DNA of 64,000 nt, from NCBI GenBank assembly GCA_964016885.1, contig OZ024740.1, forward strand, positions 350,858,001 to 350,922,000. Reading direction: 5' to 3'. The translations under genes and the position numbers were made by a program. This stretch comes from Eledone cirrhosa (Eukaryota). The notes under the pieces were generated by a model, which was given only the letters and a program-made list of their open reading frames with translations, was not told where the DNA came from and made no database searches. Of the stretch, positions 1 to 13,628 are shown one piece after another. Every line of letters begins with the position of its first letter. The first letter of the stretch is position 1.

Positions 1-19
1 GTTAGATTTTGGTGCATAC

Positions 20-112
20 CTTTGCCCTTCATCCTTACGGGGTCGATAAAATAAAATACCAGTAATGTACTGTAATAATTGCTGGCCTTGTGCCAAAAGT
101 AGAAACAATTAT
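20..112 (+). mobile_element. 3' fragment of tRNA-derived Nin/Deu-core SINE
   Basis: Core ctttgcccttcatccttacggggtcgataaaataaaataccagt and 3' end gctggccttgtgccaaaagtagaaacaattatt match the full copies at 44571 and 60646. Confidence 0.85.
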
Positions 113-1153
113 TTCTGTTGTAAATTTATCTTCAATCTTAAGTAGTGGAGGCTTTAATTGTCCGATGAATCTGTATTACGTAAGATAAACTTCATTCAAA
201 GTGGCCACTGGATCAGGTTTAATACTCTATTAATCTCTGGTATGGTACTGAGTTGTCATTTTTGCGTTTGTCAATACTAACTTGTATATATTCATCCAGA
301 TAAAGTGACTAAGTTAAAATTTCGAAGTCACTGCGATTTTTATACTTACAAAATAAATTTCTACACTCTACATACTAGTGTTGAGTGCTGATTCAGTTAA
401 TGCTTGGACGTTTTAAACAAGACGTGTGTTTTAAACACAAATTCTTATTTATACATATACGAATAAATGTTAAGAGAGGTTTGTGTAAATACATAATTAA
501 TTTATTGTATATTGAGCAATAAATTTAACTATGTAAATACACACACATGAATTAACGTGTATTTATGTATGAGAGTGCATAAACATAAATATAAATTTAT
601 ATCTACTACTTGAAGTATCGAGTACTTCATTGAGTTCGTGAATACCATAGTTCCTACGAACAAGCACATCCTAAAAAGTATGTATACATACAGACACACT
701 TATAGACACACATATTCACAAACACTCTCTGATCAACATACACACAAACACACATGTATAATGTGTATACCTCCTTGTATCAACATCTGTGTGCGATTGT
801 GTGTGTATGCATGTTTGAGATTGATCATGTGTGAGTGCCTATGTAACACAAATGTCACAAGACGTGGTACCATCTTCTGATTAGTGCCAGATCAAATCAA
901 ATAAAAGTCGTTGCATGTCATTTTGTAATAGTTTGTATTAAAAAAGAAATCAGTGAAGTGACAAACGATATTTAGTGATTAAACATTTAATGGTACGATA
1001 ACCGACTTTTTCGATCTGGTACACCTCCTAAGCTACACACACCTTTAATACTAAGCTATCGGCGATGCCATAAACTTGGCTATTACACACAGGTTAATTG
1101 GCATATATATACATATAGAAGCACAAGCACACACACACACACATATATATATA

Positions 1154-1350
1154 ATATAATTGTTTCTACATTTGGCACAAGGCCAGAAATTACCCAGTGC
1201 ATTACTGGTACTTTATTTTATCGACCCCGTAAGGATGAAAGGCAAAGTTAACCTCGACGGGATTTGAACCCAGACCGTAAAGGGACATACATAACTATGC
1301 TGGAACACATGGCGTGCGACCGTCTACCGATACTGCCAATCCACCGCCCT
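1154..1350 (-). mobile_element. Full-length tRNA-derived Nin/Deu-core SINE
   Basis: Reverse complement starts agggcggtggattggcagtatcggtag (A-box-like) and has a ggttcaaatccc B box, the same core and the same 3' end as the other copies. Confidence 0.9.
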
Positions 1351-1637
1351 TATGTTTATGAATAAACATTTTGAAAGCCTTCAGCTATGAATTTTGGAAA
1401 CAGATGTCGTAGCACCATCTAGCGGATTCCAGAAGAAGCAAGGGTAAGTAACTATCGACAACGATTATCGTTTCTGACTCTGGTCGTCATCAAGACAGTG
1501 TTCCTCTGCTGGAACTGAATATAGAAAACATATAGTTTTGACACCTATTTATATGAGTTGATTAGCCTCATTTGCATATAGAGTTGTCGGTCGACGTGGT
1601 CGGAAAATAGAATTAAAGTGTTTATTCATAAACATAC
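1351..1637 (-). mobile_element. Probable Penelope-like pseudo-LTR remnant with 18-bp inverted ends
   Basis: tatgtttatgaataaaca at the left end is the reverse complement of tgtttattcataaacata at the right end. Inside are a degenerate hammerhead motif and, upstream of it on the minus strand, atgcaaat and tataaatagg. Confidence 0.5.
1451..1499 (-). ncRNA. Degenerate type I hammerhead ribozyme motif
   Basis: Minus strand reads ACUGUC UUGAUGA c-GAC-caga-GUC-a GAAA Cgauaaucguu GUC / GAUAGU. Stem I is 6 bp; the core has C3U and stem II has a closing mismatch. Confidence 0.5.
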
Positions 1638-1708
1638 CTTATATGATTAGTTATACAAAATACTCATACTTATATGTATACAGCTATGTTGGAGTGAACA
1701 CATTAATT

Positions 1709-1890
<182 letters not shown>

Positions 1891-2012
1891 AATATTTATA
1901 TTTATATATGTTTGATACAACTAGAAATATAGAGGGTAGTACTAAGTACTAGCCGATTACCGGTATGACAAAAGGCTCAATGCAAAATTTTCAAGTGTTT
2001 TACAGAGCCGAG

Positions 2013-2463
<451 letters not shown>

Positions 2464-2647
2464 GTGTGTGTGTGTATACATTGTATGTATACATAGAAAC
2501 AAACAGATAAATAGATAAATAGATAAATAGATAAATAGATAAATAATTAAATAGATAGACAAACAGACAGAGATACAGATGCATTTCTTTATTTTATATA
2601 TATATTTCTTTATTTATTGTTCATTTATTACTTTATTTATTTATTTA

Positions 2648-2678
<31 letters not shown>

Positions 2679-2940
2679 TTTCTTTTTATTTGCCACCAGG
2701 GCATCAAAAGGTGGAACAAGTACAATGGGGGAGTTTACATAACAAGGCGTCCTCAATATGGAGGAGGCAATAACAAAATATAAAAATAAAATAAAATATA
2801 ACAAAATAAAATTTATAACAAAATCCTCAATAGAGAGGAGGCGCCTTGGAGGGTCGCACACACCCCCGAAAAAAAGTGTGCAACCCTTCTCCTCAGGAGC
2901 ACAGAGAGGGGGTCCTCCCTTGGTCTTTCATCTTCCTCAC

Positions 2941-5900
2941 CTATAGTCTGATGTAGAGTGAAGGCCCATTCACACGGGCCATTCTCGCCACTTTCACCCA
3001 TCTTTCATAAAAACGGCTGGGGTGCAGCACCTCTCTCTCCATCCTGATCCTTCTTCCGAAATGATATCGGAAGAAACGGACCAGTTGTTGGCCAGAGAGA
3101 AAGGTGTCTGACCTCAGTCCTTTCAGACGCGTCCACCATACAACCTCTTTCGCCATGGCTATTACGCACAGAAACACCGCCTCTCCATCGTTTTTGAAGA
3201 GGGGAGGCGGCTTGATCGTTACAATAGACTCGGTGGTTAACCGGATCGGTTCCACCCTTGACAGCAGTTGTTCGACATAGCCCCACAGATCGGCAATGCC
3301 CGAGAAGTGTACCAATGCCTGTGCAACGGTTTCCTCGTCACACACGCATCTGGGACAGATCTTTTTCGAAGGGTCCCTACCCGGGCGCCCGTGTCTGTAG
3401 AGCCTTTCTCGAAAGGGCAGAGCCCTTCTGTAGCACTGCCAGGACAGGGACCTCTGGAAGTTATCCATGTGTCCCGGGCTGAATGTCCTACCGAACAGGT
3501 TGGCCAGCTCGTCTTCCTCCATGCCTAGGGCTTCTCCAAGGGTGTCGTCGCACCTGCTAACCACCAGCCCTCTATAGAATGACGAGGTGGATTCTCCACT
3601 GATAGCCGGGTCCGCCTGCCAGAGAGCCGTGAGCGCCTAGGCACACTCGGTGTGCCAGGCGCCCAGTTTTCTCGGTCTTTGCTTGACCCAGGATTGCAGC
3701 TCGGTGAGTGAGACGAGTCTGGGAAAGGCTCGCCTCACAAACGGGGCCCACACCGGTTCACCGGTGAGGAATACCTGGAGGTGCCGTAGCCTTAATGCGT
3801 GTTTACGTATCATTAGCCACGGCATTCCCAGCCCTCCTTTCGAAGGGTGTTGACAGCAGATGGATCTCCTCACCATAGGAGCCCGCTTCTTCCAAAGGAA
3901 TTGGAAGAGTGCGCGCTCCATTTTGGCGAGTGTTTCCCTTGGGCAAGGCACAACGGTCAGGCGGTAGTAGATGACGGACGCTATATAAGTGTTCGTCACC
4001 TCCGCCCGACCTTTCAGGGACAGTTTGCACTCGGCCCACTTCTGGGTTAGTGCAAACACTCTGTTCGCTACCTCACCCCAGTCCTTCTCCACTTGGAGAT
4101 CTGGTCCGAACCAGACCCCGAGCAACTTCACCGGGCCCTCCGTCCAGCGCCCGACGACGCCATCGGAGGGAATCGATCTGCCCCTCCACGTGCCGAGTTG
4201 CAGACCGATCGACTTGTCCCGGTTCAGCTTAGCCCCTGTAAACCTTTCGTACTCTTCCAGTAAGGTGCCGATCGCCCCAATTTCCGAGGCCGTCGACACC
4301 ATTACTGTTACGTCGTCGGCATAGGCCGACACCGCTTTCCGCAATCCTGGTTCCAACGGGATGCCCTGCAACAACTCCAACTTCCGCAGCAGTGGCTCTA
4401 GAGTCATTACATACAGAAGGGAGGAGAGAGGGTACCCTTGTCGGATGGACCGCGCGATTTCGAACGGCTCCGAGAGGTAGCCGTTCACCTTGACCCTAGA
4501 GCAGATGCGGCTGCTGTGCATGGCATTGATCCAGCCCCTGAAAACGGGTCCGAAGCCTGCCGCCTCTAGCACCGCATCCAGGTAACCATGGTTGATCAGG
4601 GCCCCACCAAAGCTGGGTTCGTTCCCAACCCTCTCTATGATATATCGCATGAGGTGGAGGTTGTCGTGGATGGACCTGGACGGGATAGCACATGTCTACG
4701 CATCTCCCACCAGGTTGCCCACGACAAGCGCCAACCTTTTGCTAGCACCTTGGCCAAAATCTGTTACTCTGTATTTAGCAGAGTTATGGGCCTGAAATTA
4801 TTTATATCGTCCCCGTTGTTCTTGTCCTTCCTCACTAGCGTGACTACGCCCTTGGTCACATCACAGGGAATTCTCCCGTTCTGTTGCCAGTAGCAGTAGA
4901 CCGCCTCGAGGAGATCGGGGAACAAGTCCGGCATAGCTAGATATAGTTCGTATGGAAGACCAACGTGACCCGGGGATTTGCGTTTGCCGCATTGGCTCAG
5001 CACGTCCTCTATCTCAGCGGCTGAAATCGGCTCTTCGCAGGACTTCGCCTCCCTGTCCGAGAGACGCGGCAGGCCGTCGAGGTATGGACCGAAGTCCACT
5101 TCCCCAACCGGCTCCCCGCCCCTTCCGAACAATCTGGCAAAGTGCTTTTGAAAAGCCTCGCATATCTGCTTAGGTTCAAGGATCACCCGTCCATCCTGGT
5201 CTCGCAAAGACCGGATAGTGGATCTACTCCCTCTTTTGGCTTCTGTCACGCGGGCCCAGCTAACAGCTTTGGTCCCCTCGTTTCCCAGAGCACCTATTTT
5301 GCTTCGGACGATGCAGCCTTCGTGTTTCGCGTCGAAGAACTGGCCCAGGGCCGTTCTCGACGCTAGAACTCTTGCCACGTCGCCGCTTCTAATTGCCTCT
5401 TCTACACTATCTACCAACTCCCTTTCCTTCCTATTTCTATTTGAAGCTAACTCCTTACTAAATTCTATAGAGACTACTCTAATCTCTCTTTTGAGAGATC
5501 CCCACCACCTGCTGTTGACGATGGTGCCCGTCAACCGCTCCTTAACTAAAGTGCTAATCCGGTCCCTGTAAGCCTTACATGCCGGTAAGGACAAGTTGAG
5601 CTTCCAGTAACCGGGTCCCTGTCTATACGTTCTGTCAAGGTTGACCATGCAGGTCACTAACTTGTGGTCTGAATAGCCAACCATGCGCATTTTTGGACAA
5701 CTTAAAACGTCCTTATCCTTAATTCTAACTAAGAACCTATCTAGGTACGACCTAGATGATCCGCTACGATTTTCCCAAGTCCAGGTTGGCGCAGTCGGAA
5801 AATCTAGTCGATATCTATCGGCCAGGTCAAATCGACCGATTAACCCTTTGAGGCTATTACACCCCTCTCTATCGGGACAGGCCCCTACGTAGTCCCAGCG

Positions 5901-6344
5901 TGCATCTAGGATACCATTCCAGTCCCCCACTAATAGCAAGGAGCGGGACGTCCCTCGAAAAGTCTCCAGACGATAGAAGTAGTCCGGCCGCATTGACCCG
6001 AAAGGGCCGTAGGCGGCTACCAACCTAAACGCTCCGCCTTCACCACTGCCAAGGTCCAGAACCACTAGTCGACCCTCCGGGTTCAAATGTACCATCTGTG
6101 TTGCGAGACCCAGATGTTTTTGCAGCAGAAAGACAACCCCACCCCCACCTCCGGGCTGACAGAGAGATGCGTGCATCTCAAAGTCATCAAAGGTGGGGGC
6201 CAGCTGTCGCACGTTGCTGATCTGGGCTTCGCAAATAACCATCACATCTATACGTTGTGACCTGAGGTCATTTAGAAGCAATGCTTGCTTCCAAGTTGAG
6301 CCCAGGCCACGCGCATTTAAACAGCCTACTCTTAGCATTGCCAT
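2941..6344 (-). pseudogene. Tx1 ORF2 (AP endonuclease + reverse transcriptase + C-terminal Cys motif), disrupted
   Basis: Motifs LNARGL, GDWN, LDRFL, YSDH, KSPG..GLPYE, FRPITLLN, RQGYPLS, YADD, CPRC..ETV. Broken by stops at 4764 and 3637, a frameshift, and loss of LDQSKAFDRVD relative to copy 2. Confidence 0.92.
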
Positions 6345-6368
6345 GTTGGTGGTGAAGAGAAAAGGCAC

Positions 6369-8136
6369 TTACCTCTCTGCGTCCCGGGAATCGGGCTGCT
6401 CAATTTCCATGAGGGTGGGGGATGGGTTGTTGGGTGGTGGTTTGTGGAAGTGTAGGGGCATCGTGTGTTGTGTGGTTGGGGTGTTTGGAGTTGTGTAGGT
6501 GTTTGGGGAGGGGGTGGGGTAGTTTTTTAGGAGGACGCGGTTAATGGGCCCGTCGCAGGGGGGACCCACGTCCTCTTTAAAGTTGTTTTTTAAAGTTTTA
6601 TAAGTGTCCTGTGGGGCCTTAATCATTTTGAGGTGGGGGAAATCCCCTGCCTGGGTGAAGTTAGGCCCTTGGGTTTTTATTAAATTGTTGTTGTACACAA
6701 TGTTTAACAGTTTTTTGTTTCTTGTGTTTATGTATGTGTATGCATGTTTTTGTTTTTGTGTGGTGTTTTTTGTTTGCTGTTGTTGTGAGCTCTTTTTTGT
6801 TGGTGTCAGTGTTATGTTTTGGGAAGGGGTTGTTTTTGTTTGTGGGTCTGAAGTGTGTTTTCTTTTTTTTCTTTTGATTGTGTGGAAGTGCTCCTCCTCG
6901 TCTGACGACGAACTAGGGTCATCTTCCGCGTTGGAGGGGAGGGGTATATTTTCGGGTTGTGTTTGCGGTGCGGGTGTTTTGGAAATTGTTTTTTTTGAGT
7001 GGGGGGGATGGGTTGGACATTGTTTTGTTTTGGTTTGAGCTGTGGTTGTTATTTTTGTAGTGGTAGTTGTGGTGATTGTGTTGGTTGTGCAGTTGTTGGT
7101 GGTGTAGGCAGGATTGGGGTTTTCTTATTAAGTTGAGGACAGACAGCCCTCAGGTGACCACTGGTCCCACAGAGGTAACACGAGGGCCGCCTACCCTCAA
7201 CGGTAATGTTGATGAAAGTTTGATTATCCAGTATGACGCATTCAGGGATCTGGGTGATCCTTTCGGGCCTCATTTGAACTACATGTTCGCGGCTCGTTCC
7301 ACTGAAAACGTCACCCGATGCCTTTCCCATGGACACCAGCGTGTCATCATCCAGGTTCAGGAAACCTGTCAAAACCCACCATATGTCCATAATCGGCAGG
7401 ATGGTGTGGATTTTTAATTTTTTTGTCCATCTACCCATGTACGTAGGGTAGAAGGTGTATGCGGTGGATGTGATTGGTTTGATGGACAGTTTCACTGCTG
7501 TGTCCCTGTCCTTCATGAGAATGGATAGATTCCCGTAGAGTCTATCCTTCTGAATGAAGGTGATGTACTTCATGACGTCTTTTAAAACCAGCTCTATCTC
7601 ACTCTGTGATGGTTGAGCTGGTTTTTTGCTTTTATTTGAGATTGTCCTAAACATGACAGTGTTTAGGAGTCTCTGGCTTTTTAGTTCCGGGGGGGGGGGG
7701 ATCGTGAATGCACCATTTTCCCCGTACACTATATATTTTTCGCTTTGGTTATATCTACTGGCAGATAGTCGAGGATTTTCCTTGCCGTCTGTGCGAAGGA
7801 GACCTTTTCCTTGTTTGTGTTGCTGTTGTAGTTGGTGGTGTTGTTGTTATCATTGTTGTTGTTATCACAGTTATTGGTCTTGTTGTTGTTGTTATTGTTA
7901 TTGGCGTTGTTTTCGTCCGTAGTATTGTTGTTGTTGTTGTTGTTGTTGTTGCTGGTGCCGCTGGTTCTTTGGTTTGTTGTCATGGCAACGTCAAGTTGTT
8001 GGTCAGCAGGTGGAGAAAATCCTTCTTCTGGCTGACCTTTCTTTTTGACCTCTGCTACTGTGACAGTGGCAGGGGGAAGCTGTAAGCATATCTTCCCCTT
8101 TCCTCCTTCGAATTTTGGTGAAGAAGCTTCAGCCAT
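6369..8136 (-). pseudogene. Tx1 ORF1 (gag-like, zinc knuckle), frameshifted
   Basis: ORF pieces 7729-8136, 7049-7729 (CYLCGTSGHLRAVC) and 6369-6698; Asn/Pro/Thr-rich low-complexity tracts; ends ...SRDAER*. Confidence 0.85.
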
Positions 8137-8344
8137 TTTACAAAAAATGTTAACTTTTCAAAAAAAACTTTTGTTAACTATTTCGCCTAAAGGCGTAGAA
8201 TATTTTGAGAGAGTGACCAGATCAAAGTTTGACCTGGCAGTCCCTCTACAAAATGGTACAAAAATTAATGTTTACAGTCAAGAATTTCTATAGAAATTTA
8301 AGCAAAACTTACTCAGCAAGTTACACGCGTGTGTCCATCCCAGA

Positions 8345-8359
8345 GATAGATAGATAGAC

Positions 8360-8420
<61 letters not shown>
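8345..8420. repeat. (GATA)n microsatellite separating the tandem Tx1 copies
   Basis: Direct inspection. Confidence 0.95.
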
Positions 8421-8676
8421 TGTTTCTTTTATTTGCCACCAGGGCATCAAAAGTGGGACAAGTACAAAGGGGGGGGGGAGTTTACACAAAAAGGTGTCCT
8501 CAATAAGGAGGAGGCAATAACAATATATAAAAATAAAATAAAATATAACAAAAAATAAAATTTATAACAAAATCCTCAATAGAGAGGGGGTCGCACACAC
8601 CCCCGAAAAAAGTGTGCAACCCTTTTCCTCAGGAGCACAGAGAGGGGGTGCTCCCTCGTTCCTTCCTCTTTTCCAC

Positions 8677-11600
8677 CTACAGGCTTATGTGAAGAGAAGG
8701 CCCATTCACACGGGCCATTCTCGCCACTTTCACCCACCTTTCATAAAAACGACTGGGGTGGAGCACCTCTCTCTCCATCCTGATCCTTCTTCCGAAATGA
8801 TATCGGAAGAAACGGACCAGTTGTTGGCCAGAGAGAAAGGTGCCTGACCTCAGTCCTTTCAGACGCGTCCACCATACAACTTCTTTCACCATGGCTATTA
8901 CGCACAGAAACACCGCCTCTCCTTCATCTTTGAAGGGGGGAGGCGGCTTGATCATTACAATAGACTTGGTAGTCAACCGGATCGGTCCCACCCTTGACAG
9001 CAGTTGGTCGACATAGCCCCACAGATCGGCTACGCCCGAGCAGTGTACCAATGCGTGTGCAACGGTTTCCTCGTCGCACACGCATCTGGGACAGATCTTT
9101 TTGGCGGGGTCCCTACCCGGGCGCCCGTGTCTGTAGAGCTTTTCTCGGACGGGTAGAGCCCCTCGGTAGCACTGCCAGGCCAGGGACTTCTGGAAGTTGT
9201 CCATAGGTCCCGGGCTGAATGTCCTACCGAACAGGCTGGCCAGTTCGTCCTCCTCCATGTCTAGGGCTTCTCCAAGGGCGTCGTCGCACCTGCTGCGTAC
9301 CAGCCCTCTATAGAATGTTGCGGTGGAGTCTCCACTGATAACCGGATCCGCCTGCCAGAGGGCGGTGAGCGCCTGGGCACACTCAGTGTGCCAGGCACCC
9401 AGTTTTCTCGGTCTTTGCTTGACCCAGGATTGCAGCTCGGTGAGTGAGACGAGTCTGGGAAAGGTTCGTCTCACAAACGAGGCCCACACCGGTTGCCCGG
9501 TGAGGAATACGTAGAGGTGCCGTAGCCTTAATGCGTGTTTACGCATCATTAGCCACGGCATCCCCAGCCCTCCTTTCGAAGGGTGTTGACAGCAGATGGA
9601 TCTCCTCACCATAGGCGCCTGCCTCTTCCAAAGGAAGAGCGCGCGCTCCATCTTGGTGAGGGTTTCCCTTGGGCAGGGCACTACGGTCAGGCGGTAGTAG
9701 ACCTTTCAGGGATAGTTTGCAACTGGCCCACTTCTGGGTCAGTGCAAACACCCTGTTCGTAACCTCCGCCCAGTTCTTCTCCACCTGGAGGTCCGGTCCG
9801 AACCAGACCCCGAGCAACTTCACCGGGCCCTCCGTCCAGCGTCCGACGACGCCATCGGAGGGCATCGGTCTGCCCCTCCACGTGCGGAGTTGCAAACCGA
9901 TCGACTTGTCCCGGTTCAGCTTAGTCCCTGTGAACCTTTCTTACTCCTCCAGTAAGGTGCCGACCGCCTCGATTTCGGAGGCCGTCGACACCATTACTGC
10001 CACGTCATCGGCGTAGGCCGACACCGCTTTCCGCAATCCCGGTTCCAAAGGGATGCCCTACAACAACTCCAACTTCCGCAGTAGTGGCTCGAGAGTCAAT
10101 ACATACAGAAGGGAGGAGAGAGGGCACCCTTGTCGGATGGACCGCGCGATTTTGAACGGCTCCAAGAGGTAGCCGTTCACCTTGACCCTAGAGCAGATGC
10201 GGCTGCTGTGCATAGCAGTGATCCAGCTCCTGAAAACGAGTCCGAAGCCTGCCGCCGCCAGCACCGCATCCAGGTAACCATGGTCGACCCTATCGAACGC
10301 CTTAGATTGATCCAAGTTGATCAGAGCCCCACCAAAGCCGGGTTCGTTCCCAACCCTCTCTATGATGTATCGCATGAGGTGGAGGTTGTCATGGATGGAC
10401 CTGGACGGGATAGCGCATGTCTGCGCATCTCCCACCAGGTTGCCCACGACAAGCGCCAACCTCTTTGCTAGCACCTTGGCCAAAATCTGTAACTCTGTAT
10501 TTAGCAGAGTTATGGGCCTGAAGTTACTTATTTCGTCCCCCTTGTTCTCGTCCTTCCTCACTAGCGTGACTACGCCCTTGGTCACAGTACAGGGAATTCT
10601 CCCGTTCTGTTGCCAGTTGCAGTAGACCACCTCGAGGAGATCGGGGAACAAGTCCGGCATAGCTAGATATAATTCGTAAGGAAGACCATCGAGACCCGGT
10701 GATTTGCGTTTGCCGCATTGGCCCAGCACGTCCTCTATCTCAGCGGCCGAAATCGGCTCCTCGCAGGACTTCGCCTCCCTGTCCGAGAGATGCGGCAGGC
10801 CGTCGAGGTATGGACCGAAGTCCACATTCCCAACCGGCTCCCCGCCCCTCCCGAACAGTCGGGCAAAGTGCCTTTGAAAGGCCTCACACATCTGCTTAGG
10901 CTCAAGAATCGCCCGTCCATCCAAGTCTCGCAAAGACCGGATGGTGGATTTAGTTCCACTGTTGGGCTCTGTTACGCGGGCCCAGCTAACAGCTTTGGTC
11001 CCCTCGTTCCCTAGAGCACGTATTTTACTTTGGACAACGCAGCCTTCATGCTTCGCGTCGAAAAACTGGCTCAAAGCCGTTCTCGACGCTAGCACTCTGG
11101 CCACGTCGCCGCTTCTAATTGCCTCTTCTACTTTATCTATTAGCTCCCTTTCCTTCCTATTCCTATCCGCAGCTAGAACCTTACTAAATTCTATCGAGAC
11201 TACTCTAATCTCTCTCTTTAGAGATACCCACCACCTGCTGTTGACGATGGCTCCAGTCAACCGTTCCTTAACTAACGTACTAATCCGATCCCTGTAGGCT
11301 CTACTTGCCGGCAAGGACAAGTTGAGCTTCCAGTAACCGGGGCCCTGTCTATGCGTTCTATCAAGGTTGACCATGCAGGTCACCAACTTGTGGTCTGAGT
11401 AGCCAACCATGAGCATTTCTGGACAACTTAAAAAGTCCCTGTCCTTATTTCTAACTAAAAATCTATCTAGGTACGACCTAGATGATCCGCTGCGATTTGA
11501 CCAAGACCAGGTTGGCACCGTCGGAAAATCTAGTCGAAATCTATCGGCCAGGTCAAATCGGCCGAGTAACCCCTTGAGGCTGTTGCACCCCTCTCTATCG

Positions 11601-12070
11601 GGACATGCCCCTGCATAGTCCCAACGTGCATCCATGATACCATTCCAATCCCCCACTAAGAGCAGGGAACGGGACGTCCCTAGAAAAGACTCCAGGCGCT
11701 GGAAAAAGTCGGGCCGCTCTGTCCCAAAAGGGGCATATGCGGCTACCAGCCTAAAGGCTCTACCTTCACCACTGCCAAGGTCCAGCACCACCAGTCGACC
11801 CCCTGGGTCCAAGTGAACTATCTGTGTTGCAAGGCCCATATGTTTTTGCAGCTGAACGACAACCCCACCCCCACCTCCGGGCTGACAGAGAGATGCGTGC
11901 ATCTCAAAGTCGTCAAAGGTGGGGGCTAGCTGTCGCATGCTGCTGATCCGGGCCTCGCAGATAACCATCACATTTATAGATTGTGACCTGAGGTCATTTA
12001 GAAGCATTGCTTGCTTCCAAGACGAGCCCAGGCCACGCGCATTTAGACACCCTACTCTTAGCACAGCCAT
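8677..12070 (-). pseudogene. Tx1 ORF2 (APE + RT), disrupted
   Basis: 678-aa open stretch with APE motifs, LDQSKAFDRV and RQGCPLS; nonsense codon at 10058; deletion/frameshift near 9700; C-terminal CPRC...HALVHC. Confidence 0.92.
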
Positions 12071-12094
12071 GTTGGTGGCAAGGAGAAAAGGCAC

Positions 12095-13616
12095 TTACCT
12101 CTCTGCGTCCCGGGAAACGGGCCGCTCAATTTCCATGCTGGTTGGGGATGGGTTGTTGGGTGGGGTGGTGGTTTGTGGAAGTGAAGGGGCATCGGTGTGT
12201 TGTGGGGTTGGGGTGTTTGTGGTTGAGTGGGTGTCTGGGTGGGGTGGTGGGTGAAATTTTTTAGGAGGACTCGGTTGATTGGTTTGGCGCAGGGGGGGGG
12301 GGGGGCCCACGTCCTCCGTGAAATTTATTTTCAGTGTTTTGTACAAGTGTATTGGGACTTTTATCATTTTTAAATGAGGTAGTCCCACAGCAGTTTTAAA
12401 GTTAGGCCCTTCGGTTTGGACCGAAGGGTTTGCTGAAATTGTTTTCCGTAATTCTTTGTTGTCTGTGTTCATGTATGTATATTGTAAGGTCTTTTTTTGT
12501 GTAGCAGATAGTGTTGTGTGACAGGGAGGGGTGGTTTGTGTGTAGTTTGTGTTCTCTTGGGGGGGGGGGGGGGGGTTAAAGTTAACATGTGTGTCTGTGG
12601 TGCGTCTCCTCTTCTTTCTTTTTACTTGTTGGAAGGGATCTTTTTCGTCTTGCGACGAAAGGGGTTCGTCTTCCTTGTTGGGTGGGAGGGGTATGTTTTC
12701 TGGTAGTGTTTGCGGTGTGTGTGTTTTTGTATTTGTTTTGGGTGGGGAGGGATTGGGTGGGACGGTATTCTGTGTTATTTTTTCACGTGTTTGTTGTTGT
12801 TGTTGTTGTTGTTGTGGTGGTGGTGGTGGTGGTGGGGTTGTTGGTTTTTGTTGTTGTTGTTGTTGTGGTTGTTTTTGTTGTTGTTGTTGGGGCGAGTTGG
12901 TGTTGGTAGCAGTGTTTTTTTCTGTGTGAGCTGGGGACAGGCAGCCCTCAGGTGACCTCTATTGCCACAGAGGTAACAGGAGGGACGCCTACCCTCCACA
13001 ATAATGTTGAGGTGGGTACGGTCATCCAGCATGACGCGCTCAGGGATTTGGGCGATGCGTTCTGGCCTTATTTGGGTCAGAACTTCGATGCTCGTTCCAC
13101 CGAACGCGTCGCCGGATGCCTTCCCTATTGAAATGAGGTTGTCCTCGTCTAAATTGAGGAAGCCGGTTAGTAACCACCAGTAGTTTATGTTTGGGGTGAT
13201 GGTGGTTATCCATATCCTCTGGGTTTTTTTACCCATGTAGGTGGGGAAGAAGGTGTAGTGTGTGGACCGAATTGGCGACACAGAGTATTTTTTCGCCGCC
13301 AATTCGTCTTTCATCAATATGGATAAACTCCCATAGAGTTTATCCTTTTGTATAAAAGTGATGTCTCTCATCGCATCTTTCAAGACTAACTGAATTTCGG
13401 CTTGAGATGGTTGCGCTGGTTTTTTTGTTTTATTTAAAATTGTTCGGAATACGACAGTTCGTAATTCCGTCTGTTTTTTTAGTTCTGGAGGTGAATGTAT
13501 AGAAAACGAACCGTTTTCGCCAAAAGATACATATTTATTGGCTTTTTCCAGCATTTCTTTTGCTTTTGAAATATCTTCAAGCACATACGCGACTGATAAT
13601 TTAGCCGTTTGTGCAA
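12095..13616 (-). pseudogene. Tx1 ORF1 (5'-truncated, frameshifted)
   Basis: CYLCGNRGHLRAAC knuckle; homologous to copy 1 ORF1; ends ...SRDAER*. Confidence 0.85.
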
Positions 13617-13628
13617 ATAGATAGATAT

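Larger units (their letters stand above)
2677..8341 (-). mobile_element. Tx1/L1-clade non-LTR retrotransposon, copy 1 (apparently full length, decayed)
   Basis: 5'UTR, ORF1 with CCHC knuckle, APE+RT ORF2, and a 3'UTR ending gtggcaaataaaaagaaaa; flanked by (GATA)n at 2649-2676 and 8345-8420. Confidence 0.92.
8421..13616 (-). mobile_element. Tx1/L1-clade non-LTR retrotransposon, copy 2 (5'-truncated)
   Basis: Same family and 3' end as copy 1. Begins directly at the FAQTA motif of ORF1, joined to (GATA)n at 13617-13685. Confidence 0.92.
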
